Positions 53,341 to 61,343 of a stretch of DNA of 64,000 bases are shown piece after piece. The notes beneath the pieces are model-generated. The model ran no database searches. It worked only from the letters and a program-made list of their open reading frames with translations, and was not told where the DNA came from. Both the position numbers and the translations under genes were made by a program. How positions within the stretch are numbered: the first letter of the stretch is position 1; every line of letters begins with the position of its first letter. The DNA lies in the NCBI GenBank assembly GCA_005776475.1, contig SXPB01000034.1, forward strand, positions 3,380 to 67,379. Direction: 5' to 3'. Source of the DNA: Planctomycetia bacterium. Its GTDB lineage: Bacteria; Planctomycetota; UBA1135; UBA2386.

Positions 53341-54922
53341 ACTGCAACTGCACGAGCATCGGCGAGGACAGCTGGAAGCCCGCCGGCACGAGGCCGATGC
53401 CCTGCACGGTCAGCGCGACCCCGGTGAGGCCGCCCGCATTGGGGTTGGGCACGGTCACTGTGCCGAAGCCGAAGCCGTCGGTGATCGCAAAGCCGAGCGA
53501 GTAGAGGCCGTTGAGCAGGAACGCGTCGTCCCAGCTGTCCGTGCTGAACGGCAGCGGCACGAACCCGGTGGGCACCGACAGCACCGCACCACCCGGCGTG
53601 GTCGGACCGAGCGACATGAACAAGAACGTCGCCATGCCAGCCTGGCCCGAGATGTCGATGTCCCAGTTCGCCTGCGCGGTGGCGAGGGGCAGGCTGCCGT
53701 GCCCATTCTGGTCGATCACCAGCGCTTGCTCGGCGATTGCATCGCACAGCGTGAAGCCCATCAGCGACGGCTGGAAGTTCGCGTAGTCGAAGTTGACGCC
53801 GAGCCAGCTGCCGTTGGCAGGCACGCCGGCCGTGAGGCTGCCGCACACGGTGCCGTTGATCACGGCGATGCTGCCTTGGGTGAGGCCGTTGCTGGCGGTC
53901 GAGAAGATCGAGCCCGCGTACGAGCCGGCGTCGCTGGTGAACAGCAGGTTCGGTTCGTTGACGTAGGTGTTGGTCGGGTCCGGATACATCGGCGTGAAGG
54001 TGCCGCCGTTCGGGTCGAAGGCGAGACCGGTGACCTTGCCGAACACGCCGGCGGCCACGATGGGCGTGCCGTCGCGGTTCATCGCCCCCGTGTTGACCAC
54101 CATCTGGCGCACGGTCAGGGTGCCGCCGGGGCCGGTCGCCGATTCGTTGATCAGCAGGCGCGCCGAGTTCGGCGCGAACGCGGCCACGTTGCCGCTGGCG
54201 TCGTAGGTGATGTTGGCCGCATCGATCTTGACGATGGCGCCGTCCTGCGCGTTGAAGGTGCCGCCGAAGTTGCCGTTGACCCAGTGGCTGCCGTCCGCCG
54301 GCGCGTAGTAGAGGTCACCGTTGTTGGCCTGCAGCAGCGCGCCCGCGCCGATCGTCGCGGCGCCAGCCTGCGCGCCGACGGCGACCGCGAGCTGCGTCTG
54401 CCGCATGAAGAACTCGACGTTGCCGTTCGGCAGCAGGCGCACGTAGTCGCCGGGCACCAGCACCTGCGGCACCGTGCCGTTCTGCGTCAGCACTTCGATC
54501 TGCAGCGTGCCCGGGCTCGCCGTGCCGGCCGCCGCCGCGTTGCGGCGCACGCTGAAGAACACCTTGTCCCACGTCACGGCCGCGCGATCGCTGGCCTTGA
54601 CGAAGACGCCGCCGACGTTGATCGCCTGGAAGTAGGTCTTCCAGCCGGCGAACTTGGTGTAGACGCCGTTGTTGTCGCCATCGCCGAGATAACACTGCAT
54701 CGCCGTCGTCGGCAGCAGCGTGCGGGCGGGGCTGCCCGGCGACGGCAGCACGTAGGAGAGGTCGAACTCCTCGAGCCGCGAGATCGCGCCGCCTGGCCGT
54801 TCGTTGACCGACGTCTGGCTGACGAACGGGAAGCGGCCGGTGAACAGGATGTTCTGCACCTGGGCAGGGGCTGCGGCGGCGGCCAACGAGGCGAGGAGGA
54901 GCAGGCGGATCGTGGGTGTCAT
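53339..54922 (-). CDS. Exported protein of unknown function carrying the shared C-terminal module
   Basis: 527 aa from the ATG at 54922. Signal MTPTIRLLLLASLAAAAAPAQ, then a Gly/Asn/Thr-rich, beta-rich body. The last ~122 aa (nt 53342..53707) are the module (MATFLFMSLGPT..GFVPLPFS..GFGTVTVPNPNAGGLTGVALTVQGI). Confidence 0.7.
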   Translation of the reverse strand: MTPTIRLLLLASLAAAAAPAQVQNILFTGRFPFVSQTSVNERPGGAISRLEEFDLSYVLPSPGSPARTLLPTTAMQCYLGDGDNNGVYTKFAGWKTYFQAINVGGVFVKASDRAAVTWDKVFFSVRRNAAAAGTASPGTLQIEVLTQNGTVPQVLVPGDYVRLLPNGNVEFFMRQTQLAVAVGAQAGAATIGAGALLQANNGDLYYAPADGSHWVNGNFGGTFNAQDGAIVKIDAANITYDASGNVAAFAPNSARLLINESATGPGGTLTVRQMVVNTGAMNRDGTPIVAAGVFGKVTGLAFDPNGGTFTPMYPDPTNTYVNEPNLLFTSDAGSYAGSIFSTASNGLTQGSIAVINGTVCGSLTAGVPANGSWLGVNFDYANFQPSLMGFTLCDAIAEQALVIDQNGHGSLPLATAQANWDIDISGQAGMATFLFMSLGPTTPGGAVLSVPTGFVPLPFSTDSWDDAFLLNGLYSLGFAITDGFGFGTVTVPNPNAGGLTGVALTVQGIGLVPAGFQLSSPMLVQLQ

Positions 54923-55082
54923 GCGTTGGGGGGCGTGGGGAAGGTGGTCACGATAGACGCTGCGCATTTGCCCGCCAGAGGCCAACAGGCGGGCGGCATC
55001 GCCGGCCTGGCGATTGCGGGCATCGCGGCCGGGGCCGCCCCCGTGACAAGCCGGGCGCCACGCTGCACACTGCCTCGCCTCC

Positions 55083-56762
55083 ATGCTTCGCCACTTCGCT
55101 TGTCTGGTGCTGACCGCGCTCGCCGCCGCCCAGAGTCCGTCGACCGACGTCGCCGTCGGCGTGTTTCCGTTCCTGGTCGGCAACATGGACCCGCGCATCA
55201 ACGAGATCGTCACCAACTGCCAGACCTATGGCATCGACACGCTCTACGTCAGCGCCTTCCGCGCCACCGGGCCATCGACCGGGGACTTGTGGGTGACCGA
55301 CAGTGCCGGCGACTGGAATCTCGCGTGGGGGCCGGTGCGTCCCGGCGGTGCGGGCATCCACCTGCAGAACCTGATCACCGCGTGCCACGCGGCGAACGTG
55401 CGCGTGGTCGCCGTGCTCAAGTGCTTCGCCGACACCGTGCAGCCGGACAACACGGCACACAAGCAGTACCTGCTGTCGGTGATCGACTACTTCGTCGACG
55501 CCTGGCAGAGCAACGGCCAGCCGGTCTACGACCTCGACGGCATCGCGCTCGACTACGTGCGCTACGTCGGCGGCACCAACGTCAACTCCGCCAACGTGAC
55601 GAACTTCGTCGCCGACGTTCGCCAGCGGATCGGCCCGCTGTCGCTGCACGCCTACCTGATCGCCAACCGCTATTCATTCGACGGGCCGACCTACAACGGC
55701 GTGTTCAACACCTACGCCTCGACGATGAGCCAGCTGCAGTCGCAGTTCGGCCAGCACTGGGAGCAGATGGCCCAGTACATCGACGTGATGATGCCGATGG
55801 CCTACACGGCGAACGGCTCGATCTACAACACCTACGCGCTGCACCAGGCCTACGTGCGCAAGTGCGCCGAATACGCGCGCACCGCCGTGGTGATCGCCGG
55901 CCACCCGACGCGCCGCGTGCAACCGACGATCAAGACCTACGTCGGCGAAGGCGAGACGACGACCGACCTGACCGTCGAGGCATCGATCACGGGCGCTTTG
56001 CTCGGCGGCGGCGACGGCTACCAGGCGTTCCGCTACCAGACCATGGTCGCCAATCCGTCGTGGTGGACCAAGATGGCGCAGTTCGCGGTGCCGGGCTGCA
56101 ACTGGCCGAAGCCCGCCTACACGGCGGTGTCGCCGCGGCTGACGACGACGTTCGACACCACCGCCACCAGCGACCTCGACCAGGCGGCGAACACGCTGCA
56201 GGTGCGGTTCGACTTCGACGGCGACGCCGTGTTCGACACGCCGTGGCAGGGCAACGCGACCACGGTCGACCTGGCGCGGCAGCCCGGCGTGTGGAAGACG
56301 ACGATGCAGGTGAAGGACACGCAGGGCCACGTCGCCACGGCGCGGCGGCGCTTCACGGCCGGTTCGACGACCACGCTGTTGCCGCCGTTCGTCAGCACCA
56401 CGACCGGGGGCCAGGTGCAGATCCACCTCGACGTCGGCCCCGCCGGTGCCGGCAACGTCTACCTCGCCATCGCCTCGATCAGCGGGATGTCGCCGGGCTT
56501 CGTCTGGCAGCCGGGCTTCGTGGTCCCGCTCAACATCGATGGCGTCACCACCGCGCTGGCCAGCGATCCGAACGGTGGCGTCCTGAGCAATGGCCTCGGC
56601 AACTTCGATGCGAACGGCCACGCGGTCGCCATCCTGACCATCCCGCCGGTGGTGCTGCAGTTCCTGACCGGCCTGCCGATCCACTGGAACTTCCTGAGCA
56701 CCACCCCGGGCGGCCAGCCGGCCTGCGTCGGCGACACCCGGCCGATGATCCTTTCGCAGTGA
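55083..56762 (+). CDS. Exported glycoside-hydrolase-like TIM-barrel protein with a PKD-like segment and the shared C-terminal module
   Basis: Signal MLRHFACLVLTALAAAQS. The N-terminal ~330 aa resemble GH-like (GHL10-type) barrels (YGIDTLYVSAF..LDGIALDYVRY..MPMAYT). FDFDGDAVFDTPWQG..KTTMQVKDTQGHVA is PKD-like. The last ~119 aa (nt 56403..56759) are the module (NVYLAIASISG..FVVPLNID..GHAVAILTIPPVVLQFLTGL). Confidence 0.6.
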   Translation: MLRHFACLVLTALAAAQSPSTDVAVGVFPFLVGNMDPRINEIVTNCQTYGIDTLYVSAFRATGPSTGDLWVTDSAGDWNLAWGPVRPGGAGIHLQNLITACHAANVRVVAVLKCFADTVQPDNTAHKQYLLSVIDYFVDAWQSNGQPVYDLDGIALDYVRYVGGTNVNSANVTNFVADVRQRIGPLSLHAYLIANRYSFDGPTYNGVFNTYASTMSQLQSQFGQHWEQMAQYIDVMMPMAYTANGSIYNTYALHQAYVRKCAEYARTAVVIAGHPTRRVQPTIKTYVGEGETTTDLTVEASITGALLGGGDGYQAFRYQTMVANPSWWTKMAQFAVPGCNWPKPAYTAVSPRLTTTFDTTATSDLDQAANTLQVRFDFDGDAVFDTPWQGNATTVDLARQPGVWKTTMQVKDTQGHVATARRRFTAGSTTTLLPPFVSTTTGGQVQIHLDVGPAGAGNVYLAIASISGMSPGFVWQPGFVVPLNIDGVTTALASDPNGGVLSNGLGNFDANGHAVAILTIPPVVLQFLTGLPIHWNFLSTTPGGQPACVGDTRPMILSQ

Positions 56763-56814
56763 CGACGGCGGACGGCTGATTCCCGGGACGCGGGTCGGTA
56801 TCGTCTTCGCCCCG

Positions 56815-58359
56815 ATGATCTCGCTGCAGAGCTACGTCCAAGGCCGTTGGGTCGCCGGCACCGGCGATCCCAAGACTCTCCACGATCCCGCCACCGAAGC
56901 CGTGCTCGGCGACGTTCGCCCCGGCGGCGTCGACTTCGCCGCGGCGCTGGCGCACGCGCACCAGGTCGGCGGTCCGGCCCTGCGCGCGCTGACGTTCCCG
57001 CAGCGCGGCGAATTGCTGAAGGCGCTGTCGGCGAAGATCCACGAGCACCGCGACGAACTGATCGAGATCGCCGGCCGCAACGGCGGCAATACGCGCGGCG
57101 ACGCGAAGTTCGACCTCGACGGCTGCACCGGCACGCTCGCCTTCTATGCGCACCTCGCCAGCACGCTGCCGGCGGCGCGGCATCTGGTCGATGGCGACGG
57201 CACGCAGCTCGGCCGCACGCCGCGCTTCTGGGGCCAGCACATCCTGACCTCGCGGCCAGGTGCTGCGGTGCACATCAACGCCTTCAACTTCCCGGCCTGG
57301 GGCATGGGCGAGAAGATGGCGTGCGCGCTGCTTGCCGGCGTGCCCGTGCTCGAGAAGGCCGGCACGCCGAGTGCGATGCTCGCGCATCGGCTGGCGCAGC
57401 TCGTCGTCGACAGCAAGATCCTGCCCGAAGGCGCCTTCCAGTTCTTCGCCGGTTCGATCAGCGGCATGCTCGATCTGCTGTCGGCGCAGGACACCGTCGC
57501 CTTCACCGGCAGCTCGGTGACCGGGGCATTGATCCGCGGCAACAAGAACCTGGTCGCGCGCAACGTGCGGGTGAACATCGAAGCCGACTCGATCAACTCG
57601 GCGATCCTCGGTGAAGATGTCGAGACCGGCGGCGACACGCTCGAGCAGTTCCTGGGCAACGTGACCATCGACATGACGCAGAAGGCGGGGCAGAAGTGCA
57701 CCGCCGTGCGCCGCATCCTGGTGCCCGCCGGCAAGGTCGCCGAAGTGGCCGAGTCGCTGGTCGAACGGCTGAAGGCCGTGCGCATGGGCAATCCGCTGGA
57801 CGGCGACGTGCGCATGGGCCCGGTCGCCTCCGCCGAGCAACTGCGCGATGTGCGGGCCGGCATCCAGAAGCTGCAGGCCGTCTGTGACACCGTGCTCGGT
57901 GGCCCGCAAGCGGTGGCCGACAAGGGCTACTTCGTGACGCCGACGCTGCTGAAGGCGCGTTCGGCCGACGCCGCGGTGCTGCACGAACTCGAGGTGTTCG
58001 GGCCGTGCGCTTCGATCATTCCCTACTCGGGGCGGGTCGAAGAGGCGATCGACCTGGCCAATCGCGGCGGTGGCGGCCTCGTCGCCAGTGTCTACAGCGA
58101 CGATCGGGCGTTCGTGGAAGCGCTGGTGGCCGGGATCGCGCCGTGGCATGGTCGCATCTGGCTCGGCAGCGAGAAGACGCACGGGCAGGCGCTGGGGCCG
58201 GGGGCCGTGCTTCCGGGCACGATCCATGGCGGTCCCGGGCGGGCCGGCGGCGGCGAAGAGCTTGGCGGACTGCGCGGGCTGATGCCCTACCTGCAGCGCA
58301 CTGCGGTCCAGGGCGATCGCGCGGTGGTGGACCGGGCCTTCGGTAAGGGCCAGGGCTGA
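56815..58359 (+). CDS. Aldehyde dehydrogenase of the PaaZ-N / BoxD (3,4-dehydroadipyl-CoA semialdehyde dehydrogenase) type
   Basis: MISLQSYVQGRWV..INAFNFPAWGM..AFTGS..NIEADSINSAIL..KAGQKCTAVRRILV..GPGRAGGGEELGG. 514 aa. Confidence 0.8.
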   Translation: MISLQSYVQGRWVAGTGDPKTLHDPATEAVLGDVRPGGVDFAAALAHAHQVGGPALRALTFPQRGELLKALSAKIHEHRDELIEIAGRNGGNTRGDAKFDLDGCTGTLAFYAHLASTLPAARHLVDGDGTQLGRTPRFWGQHILTSRPGAAVHINAFNFPAWGMGEKMACALLAGVPVLEKAGTPSAMLAHRLAQLVVDSKILPEGAFQFFAGSISGMLDLLSAQDTVAFTGSSVTGALIRGNKNLVARNVRVNIEADSINSAILGEDVETGGDTLEQFLGNVTIDMTQKAGQKCTAVRRILVPAGKVAEVAESLVERLKAVRMGNPLDGDVRMGPVASAEQLRDVRAGIQKLQAVCDTVLGGPQAVADKGYFVTPTLLKARSADAAVLHELEVFGPCASIIPYSGRVEEAIDLANRGGGGLVASVYSDDRAFVEALVAGIAPWHGRIWLGSEKTHGQALGPGAVLPGTIHGGPGRAGGGEELGGLRGLMPYLQRTAVQGDRAVVDRAFGKGQG

Positions 58360-58371
58360 CCGATTCGGCCG

Positions 58372-58393
58372 CACCGGATTGTGAGGTCCGGTG
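58372..58393 (+). terminator. Weak hairpin downstream of the aldehyde dehydrogenase (caccgga-ttgtgagg-tccggtg)
   Basis: 7-bp stem read directly from the sequence. No U-tract follows. Confidence 0.25.
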
Positions 58394-58795
58394 GAAAGTC
58401 GGCGAAATTCAGCAGTAGGTCGAGCCTGCGCCGGAGGTAGCGAGCGTAAGGGGCATACCAGAAACCTACGAGGCTTCATGCTCGCGACAGTCCTTTCGGT
58501 TTGGTGTGTCGGTTCCTTCCTTGTTGCGCCCGTCATCGGGCGCGCAATCCGTGCGACGCGGCAAGGTGAGGCTATGGCTCGGGCGAAGCAGCTCGAAGCG
58601 GCCTGATGCCAGGTTGGATTGGTCAGGTTGGTAGTGTGGGTCAGGGTTTGTCAGGCTCCCGCCTTCGCGGTTGAGCGCGACCGACAGCGGTCCCCAAGTT
58701 GGCTGGCGCGCACGCGCCGTTCCCGGCGGTAGAGCCGATTATCGTGGCCGTGGCATGGCGACTTCGAAGTGCGGATGGCTTGCCGTCCGCATGCC

Positions 58796-58829
58796 CTGGA
58801 GCGCTTCCACAACTGGAGCGCTTCCACAA
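58796..58829. repeat. Perfect 17-bp tandem duplication (ctggagcgcttccacaa x2)
   Basis: Read directly from the sequence. It lies in the ~600-bp non-coding stretch 3' of tRNA-Val. Confidence 0.9.
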
Positions 58830-58966
58830 GTTGCCGGATTGAGGCGCGCGGCGTTCGCCCGGCGTCAAACCGCTGCAGGCATCGCAGGCCGACCGGTCGT
58901 CACTCGGATTCTGCGTTCGCCCCGCGGGGCGAAGTGTCCAAGCCGTTTGGTCGACCGGCGGGAAAG

Positions 58967-59043
58967 TGGTGGGCGTTGCAGGAGTCGAACCTGCGACCCT
59001 CAGCTTGTCGAGCTGATGCTCTAGCCAACTGAGCTAAACGCCC
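58967..59043 (-). tRNA. tRNA-Val (anticodon GAC), with CCA encoded
   Basis: The reverse complement folds by hand into a cloverleaf: GGGCGTT-TA-GCTC-AGTTGGCTA-GAGC-A-TCAGC-TCGACAA-GCTGA-GGGTC-GCAGG-TTCGACT-CCTGC-AACGCCC-A-CCA. The anticodon loop reads U-C-GAC-A-A, so position 33 is C. Confidence 0.85.
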
Positions 59044-59250
59044 GGGTCGAGGGCGAGGATCATGCCCACGGCTTTTCGGGAAGCAAGCACAAACTCAGCG
59101 GCGCGCGACGCCTCGATGCCATCGCCGGCGGCCTGGTCTGAGACGCGCAACGCGCCAGCGCACCGCGCCTCGTTCCGGGACGACGCCGCAAGCAACCGTC
59201 GACAAGGGATCCCGCGCACCGCATCCGTTGGTATCGTCCTCACTTGTCCG

Positions 59251-59940
59251 ATGGATTCTCCGCCGCCATCGCCAGCACCTCGGCCGAGCACGCCGCCGCC
59301 GCAGTCGTCACTGCCGCTGCTCGTGCCCTTGGTTCGTCCGCCCCGCGGCGGTTGCACGCGCGTGCAACTCGGCAGCAGCGAACTCATCCTCGAAGCCGTG
59401 CGCGGCGGCCATTCGCTGTTGTGGACCAACGGCCGCACGGCGCGCCGCCACGCGCTCGGTCTCGCCGACTTCGGCCATCTCACGGTGCAGCTGCGCGCCC
59501 CCAAACTGCCGGTGCACGTGACGCCGCGCGAACTGATGACGCTCGCGCCCGGCGCGCGCCTCGCCGGCTACGTGTTCGTGAGTCTCGTGCCGACGCTGCA
59601 GTGGCACGACGGCAGCGGCCAGAGCCGCGTGTTGCTCGAAGTGCATCCCGAGGACCTCGCCGCCGAATGGGATGAAGAACATGGCCACGTGCTCGCCGCC
59701 GCGAGTCCGTGGTTGGTGCGTTTCCCGATGCGCAACGGCGAGCCGCGCGTCGTCGTGCCGGTCCGTTTGCACAACGACAGCCACGACGTGTGTTCGCCCG
59801 CGGCGCTGCCGCTGCTCCTCGACGATGCCGAACTGGCGACGTTGCGCGGCTGCATCGTCGCGCGTCCGCGCCGGCTGCGTTGGCGCGGCGAACGCTTCGC
59901 CAGCGACGGCGCGGCCGATGGCAACGCGGGGGCCGCATGA
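59251..59940 (+). CDS. Hypothetical protein with a Pro-rich N-terminus
   Basis: The start is taken at M64 (MDSPPPSPAPRPSTPPPQ..) of track ORF 59062..59940, because the ORF's 5' part abuts the tRNA. It is ATGA-coupled to the next gene. No family recognised. Confidence 0.5.
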   Translation: MDSPPPSPAPRPSTPPPQSSLPLLVPLVRPPRGGCTRVQLGSSELILEAVRGGHSLLWTNGRTARRHALGLADFGHLTVQLRAPKLPVHVTPRELMTLAPGARLAGYVFVSLVPTLQWHDGSGQSRVLLEVHPEDLAAEWDEEHGHVLAAASPWLVRFPMRNGEPRVVVPVRLHNDSHDVCSPAALPLLLDDAELATLRGCIVARPRRLRWRGERFASDGAADGNAGAA

Positions 59941-61247
59941 ACCGCGGCGTGCGCTGGTTGCTGTGCGTGCCGCTGCTGTTCGCCGCGTGCGACGCGCCGA
60001 CCGTCGATCCGGCCGAAGAGATCGCCGCCGAACTGCGCGCGCTGCGCCTGCATCTGGCGGCGCAAGCACGCCCGCAGGCGACGTCGCCGGACTCGACGTT
60101 GCCGACCGTGGATCCGAAGGAGCTGCTGCAGCCGCTGCGCGAACTGCTCGCCGGCATGCAGAAGAACCAGGACGAAATGGCGGCGCGGCAGTTGGCGCTG
60201 GCGCAGGAGATGCAGCGTTGGTCGCAGCTGCTGGTCACGGGCCTCGGCGAGAAGCACCAGGAAGAGTCGAAGGCCATGGCGGCGCGGCTCGCGCAGCTGG
60301 AACAGTCGCTGCAGCAGCAGGACACGCGGCATCGCGAAGTCGAAGCCCTGATGCAGGGCGCGCTCGAGAAGACCGCGGACCGGCTCGACGAGTTCCTGCG
60401 TCGCCTGCAAGGCGGCGGCGAGGCACCGGGGCCTGCCTCGGGCAGTGGCACGGCAGTGCCGAATGGCCCGCCGGATCCGCAGCCGACACCGACCCCGCCA
60501 GGCAATGGTGCCACGCCTGGCAACGGCGCCGCCGGCACGACCGGCGGCGAGGACGCTCCGTTCGCGGCGCGCGTGCGGCGCGGCAGTTCGCGGTGGTGGT
60601 GGCTCCTGGTCACCGCGGCCGGATGCAGCGTCGCCGCCTTCTTTCTGCGGCGCGTGTGGCGAGGCAATGTGGCGGGCGACCCGCGGCCGCTGCCGTCACA
60701 CGGTCCGCTGGCGACGGCGATGGGGGAGCAGACGGCCGAAGAGTTGTGGGCCACGGCCGCATTGCTCGGCGAAGCGGTCGATCGCTTGCGCAAGCAGCAA
60801 GGCGCGGCCGCGATCGTGGCGCCGTCGAAGGTACCCGACATGGCGTCGCCCGAGTCGATCGCCGACGAGCTCGATCTCGACGAGTTGTTCATGATCGAGG
60901 AGGAAGAGCCATCGGCGCCGACCGCCGACGTGGTGCCGCCGCAACCGAAGGTCAACGTGCGAACCACCGAGGACAAGGTTGCGGCAGCGCGCGCGCCGAC
61001 GGCGCCGGTGGCGGCGACCGGGCCCTTGCGACCTGGCCCCGACCGCGTGACGTTCCGCTTGCCGGCGACGGCGTCGCCAGAAGCCGTGCTCGCGGCGCTG
61101 CTGGCGCGCCCCTTCGTGCTGCGCAAGCCGGCCCCCTCGGTGCGCCTGGTCGACGGCATGCTGGCGGTCGAGTGTGCGCTGCTGCCCGGCGTGGCCGCGG
61201 GCGAACGGGGGCGGCTGCTGCAAGCGCTGCGCGAAGCCGGCCGCTGA
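59937..61247 (+). CDS. Hypothetical lipobox protein with a coiled-coil region, Pro/Gly linker, internal TM and acidic segment
   Basis: MNRGVRWLLCVPLLFAACDAP (lipobox-like). A heptad-like region (QLALAQEMQRWSQLL..LAQLEQSLQQQD..). An internal hydrophobic segment WWWLLVTAAGCSVAAFFL. Then DELDLDELFMIEEEEP. Confidence 0.55.
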   Translation: MNRGVRWLLCVPLLFAACDAPTVDPAEEIAAELRALRLHLAAQARPQATSPDSTLPTVDPKELLQPLRELLAGMQKNQDEMAARQLALAQEMQRWSQLLVTGLGEKHQEESKAMAARLAQLEQSLQQQDTRHREVEALMQGALEKTADRLDEFLRRLQGGGEAPGPASGSGTAVPNGPPDPQPTPTPPGNGATPGNGAAGTTGGEDAPFAARVRRGSSRWWWLLVTAAGCSVAAFFLRRVWRGNVAGDPRPLPSHGPLATAMGEQTAEELWATAALLGEAVDRLRKQQGAAAIVAPSKVPDMASPESIADELDLDELFMIEEEEPSAPTADVVPPQPKVNVRTTEDKVAAARAPTAPVAATGPLRPGPDRVTFRLPATASPEAVLAALLARPFVLRKPAPSVRLVDGMLAVECALLPGVAAGERGRLLQALREAGR

Positions 61248-61343
61248 TCGACCCCGGGCGGCGGGCAGCGAAGACTCGCCCAAGGCCCTGCCGGTCGCTA
61301 TCGTGCTCGCCCCTTCCCAACCCGCCACGAGAACGTCCGCCCC

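Noticed and set aside
58391-58606. 71-aa ORF (and its 42-codon hydrophobic sub-ORF) as a real gene; likewise ORFs 58641..58868 and 58671..59024.
   Set aside because: There is no recognisable family, only weak or absent ribosome-binding sites, and 58671..59024 runs through the tRNA gene. This is not enough evidence to annotate them.
58609-58656. G+T-rich 'ggtcagg' repeats as SRP (4.5S) RNA domain IV.
   Set aside because: The conserved GGUCCGGAAGGAAGCAGC core is absent. Only the short GUCAGG words match.
58796-58829. 17-bp tandem duplication considered as an att site of a tRNA-targeting integrative element.
   Set aside because: The repeat shares no sequence with the 3' end of the adjacent tRNA-Val. 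No integrase or excisionase ORF is nearby. It is kept only as part of the broader 'odd spacer' observation.
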